Assembly (NCBI GenBank): GCA_964574445.1
Contig: CAZNNQ010000005.1
Coordinates: 5,092 to 69,091, forward strand
Source of the DNA: an uncultured Eubacteriales bacterium
GTDB lineage: Bacteria > Bacillota > Peptococcia > Peptococcales > SKKY01
Direction of reading: 5' to 3'
DNA: 64,000 bases
Part shown: piece by piece, positions 9,762 through 19,167 of the stretch
Position numbering within the stretch: the stretch's first letter is position 1
How the letters are laid out: the number at the start of each line of letters is the position of its first letter
The notes under the pieces: model-generated
What the model was told of the DNA's origin: nothing
Database searches by the model: none
Seen by the model: only the letters and a program-made list of their open reading frames with translations
Position numbers and translations under genes: made by a program

Positions 9762-10350
9762 TTTTGAAGACTATAATTTTATTAAGGAAACGGTTTTAAA
9801 AACTCGTACTTACAGAAGATTTGATCAAAATTATGATATCAGTCCAAAAAATATTGAGATGCTAATTGAGCTTGCTAGACTTTCGGGTTTCGGAGGTAAT
9901 CGACAATCTTTCAAATTTTGGGGAGTTCTTGATGATAAAAAGAAGGAAGAAGTATTTAAAGAATTAAAATGGGCAAATTATTATAAAGATTGGGATGGTC
10001 CACAAGAAGGTGAAAAACCTTCTGCATATATTGTTATTTTTCATGATAAAGACATCTCAAGCACTTACTTCTGGGAACATGGAATTGCAGCCCAGTCAAT
10101 TTTACTTGGGGCAACATCCCTAGGTTTAGGTGGATGTATGTTTGGTTCATTTAATCGTCAAGAAATAAAAGATGTCCTTGAAGCTGGTGACAATCTCAAT
10201 CCTTTATTAGTTATTGCACTTGGAAAACCAAAGGAAGAAATAATAATCGATAGTATGGAACCAGGTGGATCGGTAGAATATTGGCGTGACAAAGAAGACC
10301 GTCATCATGTACCAAAAAGACAATTAAAAGATATATATAAAATATTTTAA
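9748..10350 (+). CDS. nitroreductase-family protein
   Basis: About 200 aa containing TRTYRRFD and GLGGCMFGSF motifs. I prefer ATG 9748 (9 nt after GGGAG) over the ORF-track start at 9739. Confidence 0.7.
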   Translation: MKTIDFEDYNFIKETVLKTRTYRRFDQNYDISPKNIEMLIELARLSGFGGNRQSFKFWGVLDDKKKEEVFKELKWANYYKDWDGPQEGEKPSAYIVIFHDKDISSTYFWEHGIAAQSILLGATSLGLGGCMFGSFNRQEIKDVLEAGDNLNPLLVIALGKPKEEIIIDSMEPGGSVEYWRDKEDRHHVPKRQLKDIYKIF

Positions 10351-10453
10351 TACTTGTAATATTTATTAGAAAATAGTAATATGTAGTACAAGTTATTCTA
10401 GATGAGTAACTAGCCTGATTCCTTCAAGATGTTGGAGTAGGCAGAAAATTAGT

Positions 10454-10515
10454 CAGAAGAGACGAGAGGAGATAGTTTAGATGAGATTAGATTTAAGAGA
10501 GTTAGTTCAAATTAG
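10454..10515 (+). promoter_or_regulatory. candidate TRAP-type operator: phased (G/U)AG triplets over the SD and start codon of the trpP-like gene
   Basis: Triplets start at 10454 CAG, 10459 GAG, 10464 GAG, 10469 GAG, 10473 TAG, 10478 TAG, 10483 GAG and 10488 TAG, then 10497/10499 GAG, 10503 TAG and 10513 TAG. Most are spaced 5 nt apart. The array spans GGAG (10468-10471) and ATG 10481. Confidence 0.4.
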
Positions 10516-11005
10516 TTTATTGTTGGCAGCAGGTTTTGTTTTAAGGTTAATTATTCCAGGATATGGTGCTGGAATGAAACCAGATGTAATGTTGATTATG
10601 TTGTTTATTATTATTTTTACCAAAAGAGATTTTCAAGCAACAATTACAGCAGGTATTGTAGCAGGCATGATCGCCGCATTAACTACTAGTTTCCCTGCAG
10701 GACAAATACCTAATATTATTGATAAGCCAATCACAAGTTTATTTGTTTTAGGTTTAGTAAAGTTATTTGCTGATAAAGTGCCAAGTGTTTTATCTTTAGG
10801 AGTTATTGGTTTTATAGGAACAGTATTTAGTGGTTCTTTATTCCTTTTTGCAGCGTTGCTTCTTTCAGGAATACCAGCACCATTCATGGTTCTTTTTACA
10901 ACAGTAGTACTTCCTGCTGCAGTAATTAACACTATTGGTATAGTGGTTCTTTATCCATTAGTAAACTTCAGTAAAAGTGTTGTTGCTTCAGCTAGAAATG
11001 CATAA
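10481..11005 (+). CDS. TrpP-like small integral membrane transporter (probable tryptophan transporter; a QueT-like alternative is not excluded)
   Basis: 174 aa with about 5 TM segments. The N-terminus LRELVQISLLLAAGFVLRLIIPG resembles the TrpP/YhaG family. Confidence 0.55.
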   Translation: MRLDLRELVQISLLLAAGFVLRLIIPGYGAGMKPDVMLIMLFIIIFTKRDFQATITAGIVAGMIAALTTSFPAGQIPNIIDKPITSLFVLGLVKLFADKVPSVLSLGVIGFIGTVFSGSLFLFAALLLSGIPAPFMVLFTTVVLPAAVINTIGIVVLYPLVNFSKSVVASARNA

Positions 11006-11025
11006 TTAATATAAATAGTAAAGAT

Positions 11026-11060
11026 AAAAGGCGCACCCTAAAGGGTTGCGCCTTATTTTA
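11026..11060. terminator. bidirectional intrinsic terminator between the convergent trpP-like gene and map
   Basis: GGCGCACCC-taa-AGGGTTGCGCC hairpin flanked by an A-run and a T-run. Confidence 0.8.
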
Positions 11061-11067
11061 TGTTATT

Positions 11068-11952
11068 TTACTTTGCCAAGATTTCTATTCCTGTTTCTGT
11101 TACAAGAACTGTATTTTCCCATTGTGCAGAAAGCTTTTTATCTTTTGTAACAACAGTCCACTTATCTTCTAGGATGATACAGTCATATGTTCCCTGGTTA
11201 ATCATAGGTTCAATTGTAAAGGTCATACCTGGTATTAATAAATATCCTTTTTCCTTAGTGCTATAATGATCTACCTGTGGCTCTTCGTGGAACTCGACTC
11301 CAACTCCATGTCCACATAGAGCTCTAACAACTGAGTAACCATGAGATTTTACAAATGGCTCAATTGTTCTCCCTACTTCATTAAGATCCCCCCAAGGTTT
11401 TAAAGCTTTAATTGCCCTTTCAACAGACTCTTTAGTAACTTCAACTATCTTTCTAGCTTCCTCAGAAACTTCACCAATCATGAACATTCTGCTTGCATCA
11501 GCATAGTACCCGTTAAGAATAGTCGTTACATCAACATTTATAATATCCCCTTCTTTAAGAACATGTTTTTCGTTAGGGATACCATGGCAAATTATTTCAT
11601 TTATTGAGGTACAAGTACTCTTTGGATAGCCCTGATAACCAAGAGGAGCGGGAATTCCACCTCTTTTGAGAGTCTCTTCATGAACGATAGTATTAATTTC
11701 TTCCGTAGTCATTCCAATTTTTATTTTATTTTCTACTACATCAAGAATTTCAGTAGTTGCAATACCACTTTTTCTAATTCCTTCAATTTGTTCCTCGGTT
11801 TTAATATATTCATAAGGAGTTATTAAATACCCCTGGTCTTCATAACTATCAATTTTTTCATCGAAAGTCAGATGGCAGTTTTTATATTTTTTGCCACTAC
11901 CGCACCAACACAGATCATTTCTTGTAATTTTTTCCATTTGTTTACACTCCAT
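11068..11952 (-). CDS. map: type I methionine aminopeptidase with an N-terminal SEC-C zinc motif
   Basis: 294 aa. Contains CWCGSGKKYKNCH, plus the M24 metal ligands (DVTT, DASRM, CGHGVG, TIEP, ENTVLVT). Confidence 0.9.
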   Translation of the reverse strand: MECKQMEKITRNDLCWCGSGKKYKNCHLTFDEKIDSYEDQGYLITPYEYIKTEEQIEGIRKSGIATTEILDVVENKIKIGMTTEEINTIVHEETLKRGGIPAPLGYQGYPKSTCTSINEIICHGIPNEKHVLKEGDIINVDVTTILNGYYADASRMFMIGEVSEEARKIVEVTKESVERAIKALKPWGDLNEVGRTIEPFVKSHGYSVVRALCGHGVGVEFHEEPQVDHYSTKEKGYLLIPGMTFTIEPMINQGTYDCIILEDKWTVVTKDKKLSAQWENTVLVTETGIEILAK

Positions 11953-12041
11953 TTCTAATTACTATCTGTATATTATAGATTATTTAACTAAAAAAAGGTA
12001 TAATGTAATTTGTTTTTATAGAAAATGAAGGTGAGATCAGA

Positions 12042-13208
12042 TTGGAAACTAATATTCACAGAATGCAAGTCGGAGAAAAAGAGATAATATTAATTGGTAC
12101 AGCCCACGTTTCTCCTCAGAGTGTGGAAGAAGTAAGAGAATTGATTGAAAAAGAAAGACCTGATTCAGTTTGTATTGAATTGTGTCAGGGAAGATATAAC
12201 TCAATAATTAATAAAGATCAATGGCAAAATACAGATATTGGTAAAGTTATTAAAGAAAAGCAGACAATGCTTTTACTTGCAACCTTGATAATGAGCTCCT
12301 TTCAAAAAAGAATTGCGAAGGGATTTGAAGTTGCACCTGGTCAAGAAATGATTCAAGGAATGGAGTCAGCGGAAAAAGTAGGAGCCAAGCTTATACTTGC
12401 TGACCGAGATATTACTATAACTTTGAAACGTCTTTGGCAAAATGTTGGCTTAAAAGGCAAGGCACAGATTGTTTATGAGCTTTTTTCAAGTATTTTCTTT
12501 TCAGAAGAAATAACCGAAAAAGATTTAGAAGAGATGAAATCTCAAGATATGTTGGATTCAGCTTTAAATTCATTATCTGAAAGTTTCCCAGAATTAAAAA
12601 CAGTATTAATTGACGAGAGAGATCAATATCTTGCTCAAAAAATAAAAAATGCACCAGGAAATAAGGTTGTTGCGGTACTTGGAGCAGGGCATATTCCCGG
12701 AATAAAAGAAGAATTATATAAAGAAAATGATTTGAAAAAATTAAGTACATTAAAATCTGGACCTAAAGTAAGTAAGGCATGGCTTTGGATATTCCCAATT
12801 GTTTTGCTTGGTATAATTGGTTTTACAATGAAAAATGATTTACCCTCAGGAATTGATCAGTTGATTGCTTGGTTCTTATGGAATGGTAGTCTTTCAGCAA
12901 TTGGAGCGGCTATAGCTCTGGCACATCCAGTAGCAATATTAACAGCCTTTTTGGTTGCTCCAATAAGTTCTCTAAATCCATTACTGGCAGCAGGTTGGTT
13001 TTCTGGTTTAACAGAAGCATATTTAAGAAAACCAAATGTAAGTGATTTTCATAAGATATCAGATGATCTTGAAAGTTTAAAGGGATTTTGGAAGAATAAA
13101 GTAACAAGAATTTTATTGGTAGTTGCTTTGACTAATTTAGGCAGTGGATTAGGAACTTTTATTGGTGGAGCCCATGTTCTAAAAATATTTGTTGATGTTG
13201 TTAAGTAA
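12042..13208 (+). CDS. TraB/PrgY-family protein
   Basis: 388 aa. GTAHVS motif near the N-terminus, GAGHIPG motif, and C-terminal TM segments. Confidence 0.75.
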   Translation: METNIHRMQVGEKEIILIGTAHVSPQSVEEVRELIEKERPDSVCIELCQGRYNSIINKDQWQNTDIGKVIKEKQTMLLLATLIMSSFQKRIAKGFEVAPGQEMIQGMESAEKVGAKLILADRDITITLKRLWQNVGLKGKAQIVYELFSSIFFSEEITEKDLEEMKSQDMLDSALNSLSESFPELKTVLIDERDQYLAQKIKNAPGNKVVAVLGAGHIPGIKEELYKENDLKKLSTLKSGPKVSKAWLWIFPIVLLGIIGFTMKNDLPSGIDQLIAWFLWNGSLSAIGAAIALAHPVAILTAFLVAPISSLNPLLAAGWFSGLTEAYLRKPNVSDFHKISDDLESLKGFWKNKVTRILLVVALTNLGSGLGTFIGGAHVLKIFVDVVK

Positions 13209-13214
13209 ATAATT

Positions 13215-13247
13215 AAAGAGCAGAGAAATTTCTCTGCTCTTTTTGTT
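13215..13247. terminator. bidirectional intrinsic terminator (traB / nadE convergent)
   Basis: AAAGAGCAGAGA-aatt-TCTCTGCTCTTT perfect hairpin followed by a T-run. Confidence 0.85.
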
Positions 13248-13253
13248 TTAAAG

Positions 13254-15179
13254 TTATAAATCTTTCAACCAAATTTCTGAATCACCATCAGAAGGCATTT
13301 TCCAGTCTCCTCGCGGTGATAGACTTATTGAGCCGACTTTTGGTCCATCTGGCAGACAGGAACGTTTAAACTGTTGAGAAAAAAATCTTTTTAGAAATAT
13401 TTTTAACCATTCATTTAACTTTTCTTCATTGTAATCATCTTTAAATGCCGTTTTTGCTAAAAAAAGAATCTTCTCTGGTGTGAAAGCATATTTAATAAAA
13501 TTGAAAAGAAAGAAATCATGGACTATATATGGTCCAAGGATATCTTCTGTTTTCTGTTGGTTTTGTCCATCTTTATCAATAGGAAGTAGTTCTGGAGAAA
13601 TTGGCGTTTCTAAAATTGAATATAGATTATTTTTTATTTCTATATCCTGCTTATCTGCAAACCACCTAACAAGATGTTGAACTAAAGTTTTAGGAATTCC
13701 CGAATTTAGACTATACATAGACATATGATCGCCATTATAAGTACACCAACCTAGAGCAAGCTCTGAAAGATCACCAGTACCAATCACAAGTCCACCAACT
13801 TTATTTGCTAAGTTCATCAGGATTTCTGTTCTTTCTCTTGCTTGAACATTTTCATAAGTTACATCATGTATGTTGGGATCATGACCAATCATTTCGAAAT
13901 GAAGAAGACACGCTTTTGTAATATCAATTTCCATGAAACTAGCATTAAAACTTTCAATTAATTTTTTCGAATTTTCATAAGTTCTTTCCGTTGTCCCAAA
14001 ACCAGGCATCGTAACAGCAAGAATATTTTCTGTAGGTATATTAAGCATTTCAAAGGTTTTAACTGTTGCTAGGAATGCTAAAGTAGAATCTAGACCACCA
14101 GAAATACCAATTACAGCTTTTTTAATCCCAGTATGTTCCATCCTTTTTGCAAGAGCTCCGGCTTGAATATTAAAAATTTCTTCACATCGCTCATTCATTG
14201 TAAAAGGGTTGTTAGGGACAAAGGGCATTTTTTCTATTGTTCTTTTAAAATCATTTTTTTTTTGATAATTGAAATAGAAATTATAATTTCTAATAGTTAA
14301 AGATGTTTCAAAAAGATTGGCTGTTTCGCTAAAAGAAGAATTACTTAAACGTTGACTTCTTAATATATCTAAATCAATATCGGATATAATAAAATTATTT
14401 TCCCTTTGAAATCTTTCATTCTCAGCCAAAATCTTACCATTTTCTGCGATAATGGAATGGCCGTCCATTAAATAATCAGTAGTAGATTCATGAACTCCTG
14501 AGGAGGTATAGATATATGCACCATTAAAACGTGCACTCTGTTGAGATACAAGAGCTTTGCGATAATCACTTTTAGAAACAATAGCATTACTACTTGATAA
14601 ATTGAAAATAATTTCAGCACCTTTTAAGAACAAGAAAGAACTTGGTGGCACTGGAGCCCATAGATCTTCACATATTTCTGCACTAAAACTAAATTCCAGT
14701 TCATTATCAGTTAAGATTATGTTCCCTATTGGAAAAGTTTTATCAAATAAAGCAAATTCAGTATTGGAGAGTTCTTTACCAGAAGAAAACCATCTTTTTT
14801 CATAGAATTCTTGTTTATTAGGAAGGTATATTTTTGGTATTGCTGCGAGAATTGAACCATTGTAAATTACAATAGCGCAATTATATAGTCGATTTTCGAT
14901 ATTTAAATAAGAGCCACAAATTAATATGGATTTTTTATTTTTTGAATATAATAGAATTTTTTCTATTCCTTGAAGTGAGTTTTCGTAGAGAGTTTTTTGA
15001 TTAAAAAGTTCTCCACAACTGTATCCCGGGATAGCAAGTTCTGGAAAAACAACAATATCTGCTTGCTCTTTTTCAACCTCATCCCAAAGGGTACATATTT
15101 TTTCAACATTATAGTTTGGATTGCCCACTTTTGTCTCAGGAACACAAGCAGCTATTCTCAAAAAATTCATAGATTTCAT
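13254..15179 (-). CDS. nadE: glutamine-dependent NAD+ synthetase (long form: CN-hydrolase plus NAD synthase domains)
   Basis: N-terminal nitrilase-like domain (FPELAIPGY, EICEDLW) and GISGGLDST PP-loop. I prefer the start at ATG 15179 (MKSMNF), 9 nt after AAGGGA. Confidence 0.9.
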   Translation of the reverse strand: MKSMNFLRIAACVPETKVGNPNYNVEKICTLWDEVEKEQADIVVFPELAIPGYSCGELFNQKTLYENSLQGIEKILLYSKNKKSILICGSYLNIENRLYNCAIVIYNGSILAAIPKIYLPNKQEFYEKRWFSSGKELSNTEFALFDKTFPIGNIILTDNELEFSFSAEICEDLWAPVPPSSFLFLKGAEIIFNLSSSNAIVSKSDYRKALVSQQSARFNGAYIYTSSGVHESTTDYLMDGHSIIAENGKILAENERFQRENNFIISDIDLDILRSQRLSNSSFSETANLFETSLTIRNYNFYFNYQKKNDFKRTIEKMPFVPNNPFTMNERCEEIFNIQAGALAKRMEHTGIKKAVIGISGGLDSTLAFLATVKTFEMLNIPTENILAVTMPGFGTTERTYENSKKLIESFNASFMEIDITKACLLHFEMIGHDPNIHDVTYENVQARERTEILMNLANKVGGLVIGTGDLSELALGWCTYNGDHMSMYSLNSGIPKTLVQHLVRWFADKQDIEIKNNLYSILETPISPELLPIDKDGQNQQKTEDILGPYIVHDFFLFNFIKYAFTPEKILFLAKTAFKDDYNEEKLNEWLKIFLKRFFSQQFKRSCLPDGPKVGSISLSPRGDWKMPSDGDSEIWLKDL

Positions 15180-15184
15180 ATAAA

Positions 15185-15562
15185 TCAATCCCTTTGATAT
15201 TTATTCCAGGCCCTGTAGCCACCTTTTAAATTAACTACATCAAAACCATTATTTAGCATTGTTTTAATCACTCGCCCTGTTTGAGTCCCATTTTGTGAAA
15301 CAAGAATAATTTTTTTATTTTTAGGTAATTTATCTAAATGCTTAGAAAAGTTCCCAATAGGAATATTTTTTGAACCATTTATGTTGCTTTTTTTAAATCT
15401 TCCCTCTGGTCGAACATCAATTATTTGTATTTTCCCCTTTGTTTCTTTTTTTACTAAGGGAATTTCCTCTGGAATTATATTTGGAGCTTTATAGCTTAAA
15501 TAAATAGTTCTGATTTGGTAGGCGATGATAAATATTAACATCATATTGACTAAAGTATACAT
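15185..15562 (-). CDS. membrane-anchored rhodanese-homology domain protein lacking any cysteine
   Basis: 125 aa with an N-terminal TM helix. Rhodanese fold signatures are present (IIDVRPEGRF, NIPIG, LKGGYRAW). No Cys occurs anywhere in the translation. Confidence 0.7.
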   Translation of the reverse strand: MYTLVNMMLIFIIAYQIRTIYLSYKAPNIIPEEIPLVKKETKGKIQIIDVRPEGRFKKSNINGSKNIPIGNFSKHLDKLPKNKKIILVSQNGTQTGRVIKTMLNNGFDVVNLKGGYRAWNKYQRD

Positions 15563-15738
15563 TAATAATATTCCTCCTGAAAATAAATAATATTTTTGTT
15601 TAGAAAAAGATAGTTAGTGGGTATAAGACTTCTATAAACTTTAGAGGCTGCTTAATTTCTCTAATTTTGCCTGCAATACATGTTTTGATTCGAAAGCATC
15701 ATGCTGATCATGGTGTTTTTTTTTGTTCATTATTCTTT

Positions 15739-16614
15739 CTATTCAAAGGGTTCCATATGAACCAAAACCTCAATGTTAGAATGAATTTCATTTTGAATAT
15801 GAATTTCAATTTCATGAGCAAGAGCGTGAGCTTCTTTAAGAGAAAGTTTTGGGTCGGCCAAGACATGCATATCAACATGAATTATATCCATAGATCCCCT
15901 GCTTCTAATTTTATGAACCCCACAAACTCTTTCGTGGGACATAACTATTTCTGTTATCAGCTTTTCATCAACTGCTGCACTATCAACTAAAATTCCACTA
16001 GCTTCTTTGTATATTCTATAGGCTGCATGAAGAATAAAGCCGGATACAACAATAGAAGTAAGAGGATCAATAATTGGTGGAGCCCCTAACTTAAGAGAGA
16101 TAAGGGTAATAATTACACCAATTGTTATAAAGATGTCACTTCTTGTATGCATAGAATCTGAAATTAGGATTAAGCTATCGAGTTCCTTTCCTTTCTTAAG
16201 TTCATAGGTAGAAACAAAAATATTAATTCCAAGAGTTATAAACATTATAAGTAAAGTTATTTCTGAAACTTCAGGAATAACAGGGTTCATAAATTTTTGA
16301 ACTGAACCTATAATGATTTTTACTCCTATATAAAAAAGCATTGCTACAATAAAAAGACTTGTTAATGTCTCAAATTTACGGTGACCATAGGGGTGGTCTT
16401 CATCAATTGGCTTTGAAGCAATACTTATCCCTATAAGTCCAATAATATTTGAAGAGCTATCTGCTAATGAATGAAATCCATCAGCAGTTATACTAGCACT
16501 TTTAATAATGCTTCCAAGAATAATTTTTGCACTTGCCACAAAAAGATTTGCAAAAAGTATTACCCAGAGGACCATTCCAATTTTTTTAAATTTTGATTCA
16601 TCCACAAGAATCAC
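15739..16614 (-). CDS. cation diffusion facilitator (CDF) metal efflux transporter
   Basis: 291 aa. Contains HSLADS and DSMHTRSD motifs, six TM segments, and a C-terminal cytoplasmic domain. Confidence 0.85.
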   Translation of the reverse strand: MILVDESKFKKIGMVLWVILFANLFVASAKIILGSIIKSASITADGFHSLADSSSNIIGLIGISIASKPIDEDHPYGHRKFETLTSLFIVAMLFYIGVKIIIGSVQKFMNPVIPEVSEITLLIMFITLGINIFVSTYELKKGKELDSLILISDSMHTRSDIFITIGVIITLISLKLGAPPIIDPLTSIVVSGFILHAAYRIYKEASGILVDSAAVDEKLITEIVMSHERVCGVHKIRSRGSMDIIHVDMHVLADPKLSLKEAHALAHEIEIHIQNEIHSNIEVLVHMEPFE

Positions 16615-17258
16615 TCCAGATTTAATATTCCTGCCAACTCATTCATATGATTAATTCTATAATCACATTCCAATAGGTTTCTGTCTACATTTACCATAGA
16701 ATAATTTACAAAAACTGTCTTACATCCTGAAAGTTTTCCTGCAGTAATGTCGTGGGGACTGTCTCCAACCATAAATGATGATTCACCTTTAGCTCCAATT
16801 CTTCTAAGGCATTCCATCACGGGATAAGGATCAGGTTTATGAATATGAGTATCATCAGCACCAATAAACACATCTATATGTTTCCCCAGATCAAAAAGTT
16901 CGAGTCCTCTTTTAGCAGTTTTATTTAATTTTGATGTTACTACCCCAATTTTAAAATCATTTCTTTTTAACTCAAGGATAGTATCTTCAACACCAGGAAA
17001 AATTTTCACATAATTATCATGATTAGAAAGATTAAATTCTCTGAAGGACGTTATTAATTTATCGACATCTTTTTCATTTTTTGCAAGCCTTTTGAATGCT
17101 TCGACAAGTGTCATTCCAAAAAAACTTGTCAAAGCATCTGTGCCTGGTACTTCTTTATAAATTTTATTAAAGGCATAATGAAAAGAATCCATAATTAATT
17201 TATTTGTATCAAGAAGAGTACCATCTAAATCAAATAATACTGTATTGTATTTATTCAT
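16611..17258 (-). CDS. HAD-superfamily phosphatase (PpaX / phosphoglycolate phosphatase-like)
   Basis: 215 aa. FDLDGTLLDT motif I, VTSK motif II, and VGDSPHD motif III/IV. Confidence 0.8.
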   Translation of the reverse strand: MNKYNTVLFDLDGTLLDTNKLIMDSFHYAFNKIYKEVPGTDALTSFFGMTLVEAFKRLAKNEKDVDKLITSFREFNLSNHDNYVKIFPGVEDTILELKRNDFKIGVVTSKLNKTAKRGLELFDLGKHIDVFIGADDTHIHKPDPYPVMECLRRIGAKGESSFMVGDSPHDITAGKLSGCKTVFVNYSMVNVDRNLLECDYRINHMNELAGILNLE

Positions 17259-17267
17259 TATATTCTC

Positions 17268-18017
17268 CTAAAGATATTCTACAGGGAAATCTTTTTTTAG
17301 TTTTTCCGCAGTTTCAATATAAGCTTTTTCTTGATTAATTAAAATCAACTGTTTTTTTAACTCATCTTTGATTTCATCAAAAGATTTAAGTGAAGCATCT
17401 TTTTTATCGGTAAGGGCTATTAAATGATAACCAAACTGTGTTTTGATGCCTTCTTTGATATCTCCAACCTTCATCTCTTTTACACTATCCTCAAATTCTT
17501 TAACCATACTTCCAGCTCCAAAGAATCCAAGATCCCCTCCACGCTCTTTTGAAGGGCACTTTGAATATTCCATAGCAGCTTCAGCAAAGCTTTTTCCACC
17601 TTCTATTTCTTGGAAAATTTTTTCGGATTCTTCTTTAGTGTCAACTAATATATGTGAAGCTTTCCAAGATTCTGGTTCCTTGAAAGAATCAATATTTTCA
17701 TCGTAATAATTTTTAACAGTCTCATCAGAAACAGTTACAGATTTTAAAATTTCTCTTAATGCGAATTGTTTTAAAACATTGTTTTTTATCTTTTCAACTT
17801 CTTCAAGGAACTCTGAAGTTTCATGAAGTTTTTCTTTTACTGCATTTTGCAGAAGTAGTTCTTGTGAAATTAATTCTTCCAGTAGTTGTTTTTGTCCTTC
17901 TGGTGATGCATAGTGAAGAATTTTATCGTGCCCAACACTTTTATGAAGGGTGTTAACATCTTTCTGAGTAATTTCTGTATTACCAACTTTTGCAAGTACT
18001 TTGTTTTCATTTTCCAT
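17268..18017 (-). CDS. parvulin-type peptidyl-prolyl isomerase (PrsA/SurA-like), with no evident signal peptide
   Basis: 249 aa. Contains ASHILV, GGDLGFFGAG and FGYHLI rotamase motifs. The N-terminus, MENENKVLAKVGNTEIT, is hydrophilic. Confidence 0.8.
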   Translation of the reverse strand: MENENKVLAKVGNTEITQKDVNTLHKSVGHDKILHYASPEGQKQLLEELISQELLLQNAVKEKLHETSEFLEEVEKIKNNVLKQFALREILKSVTVSDETVKNYYDENIDSFKEPESWKASHILVDTKEESEKIFQEIEGGKSFAEAAMEYSKCPSKERGGDLGFFGAGSMVKEFEDSVKEMKVGDIKEGIKTQFGYHLIALTDKKDASLKSFDEIKDELKKQLILINQEKAYIETAEKLKKDFPVEYL

Positions 18018-18132
18018 TATTATAATCTCCTTTTATATTCTGATTAAAAATAAATGTTATCAGAAGTTTTTTTTATTGTCTACTTAGGGGATTTTTCTTT
18101 TAAAGAGAAATATATAAAGAGGGGGTGAAAAA

Positions 18133-19167
18133 GTGGAAATTATTAATTTTGAAGACCAGCTCATTCTAGATGGAATCAAAAATAATGTTTCTGATATTCA
18201 TTTTGAGCCTAAAAATAATAAGATGATAATTCGTTTTAGAAAAGATGATGTTCTTTATTTAAAAAAAGAAATTAACAAAAGTCAGCAGGATGCCATGACA
18301 ATAAGATTGAAGATCAGAGGAGAAATGGACATTGGAGAAAAAAGAATTATTCAGAAGGGAAGATTTTCTTTCACTGTAAATGATATTGATTATAGTGTGA
18401 GAATTTCCTTAATGCCTACAATACATGGAGAGAAGATTGTACTTAGGATATTAAAAAATCAAGATTTAGATAAGGGGTTTGAGGAGCTAGGGTTTAATCT
18501 TGAACTCCAAGAAAAATTAAAAAAAATTATTTGCTATCCTTCAGGTCTTTTTTTATTCACAGGAACAACGGGGTCTGGAAAAACGACAACTCAAATGACA
18601 TTGCTTAAATTAATGAAGAATAAAGGAAAAAATATTTTAATTATAGAGGACCCGGTTGAATATTTTATGGAGGATGCAAATCAAATTGAAGTTGATAGGG
18701 AAAGGGGGTTTGATTATGGGCTAATACTTAGAGAAAGCTTAAGACAAGACCCAGATTTAATTGTTATAGGTGAAATTAGAGATTCTGAAACAGCAAGAAC
18801 AGCAGTAAGGGCTGCAGGAACAGGTCATCTGGTTTTTGCAACGCTTCATACCGAATCTGGAAAAGATGCCTCAGAAAGATTAGAGGAATTAGGTATTTCT
18901 TTTAGAGAACTGAAAATGGTACTAAAGGGAGTGGTTAGTCAGCGATTAATTAGAAAATTGTGCCAAAAATGTGGGGAAACAAAGGGCTGTATTAATTGTG
19001 ATTACACTGGTTATGATGGAAGATTTGCAGTTGGTGATGTTCTTTTATGGGAAAGGGAAGAGGGATTCAAGGATTTTGATGATATTGAGAACATGAAATT
19101 ACAAGTATTTGAAAAAATTAAAGATGGAGAAACCGATATCGATGAATATAAGAGGAAGTTTATTTAA
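18133..19167 (+). CDS. type IV pilus / competence pseudopilus assembly ATPase (GspE/PilB/ComGA family)
   Basis: Walker A GTTGSGKTTT, His box GHLVFATLHT, and a C-terminal Cys cluster (CQKCGETKGCINCDYTGYDGR). Confidence 0.9.
   Translation: MEIINFEDQLILDGIKNNVSDIHFEPKNNKMIIRFRKDDVLYLKKEINKSQQDAMTIRLKIRGEMDIGEKRIIQKGRFSFTVNDIDYSVRISLMPTIHGEKIVLRILKNQDLDKGFEELGFNLELQEKLKKIICYPSGLFLFTGTTGSGKTTTQMTLLKLMKNKGKNILIIEDPVEYFMEDANQIEVDRERGFDYGLILRESLRQDPDLIVIGEIRDSETARTAVRAAGTGHLVFATLHTESGKDASERLEELGISFRELKMVLKGVVSQRLIRKLCQKCGETKGCINCDYTGYDGRFAVGDVLLWEREEGFKDFDDIENMKLQVFEKIKDGETDIDEYKRKFI

Noticed and set aside
15667-15990. A 107-aa + strand ORF spanning the rhodanese/CDF intergenic region and the 3' end of the CDF gene.
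   Set aside because: It overlaps the conserved C-terminal domain of the CDF transporter on the opposite strand. It has no RBS and no recognisable motifs.
18018-18132. A possible c-di-GMP riboswitch upstream of the pilus operon, as seen for some clostridial pilin genes.
   Set aside because: The 115-nt spacer is AT-rich, with no conserved GEMM-I or GEMM-II cores or convincing helices.
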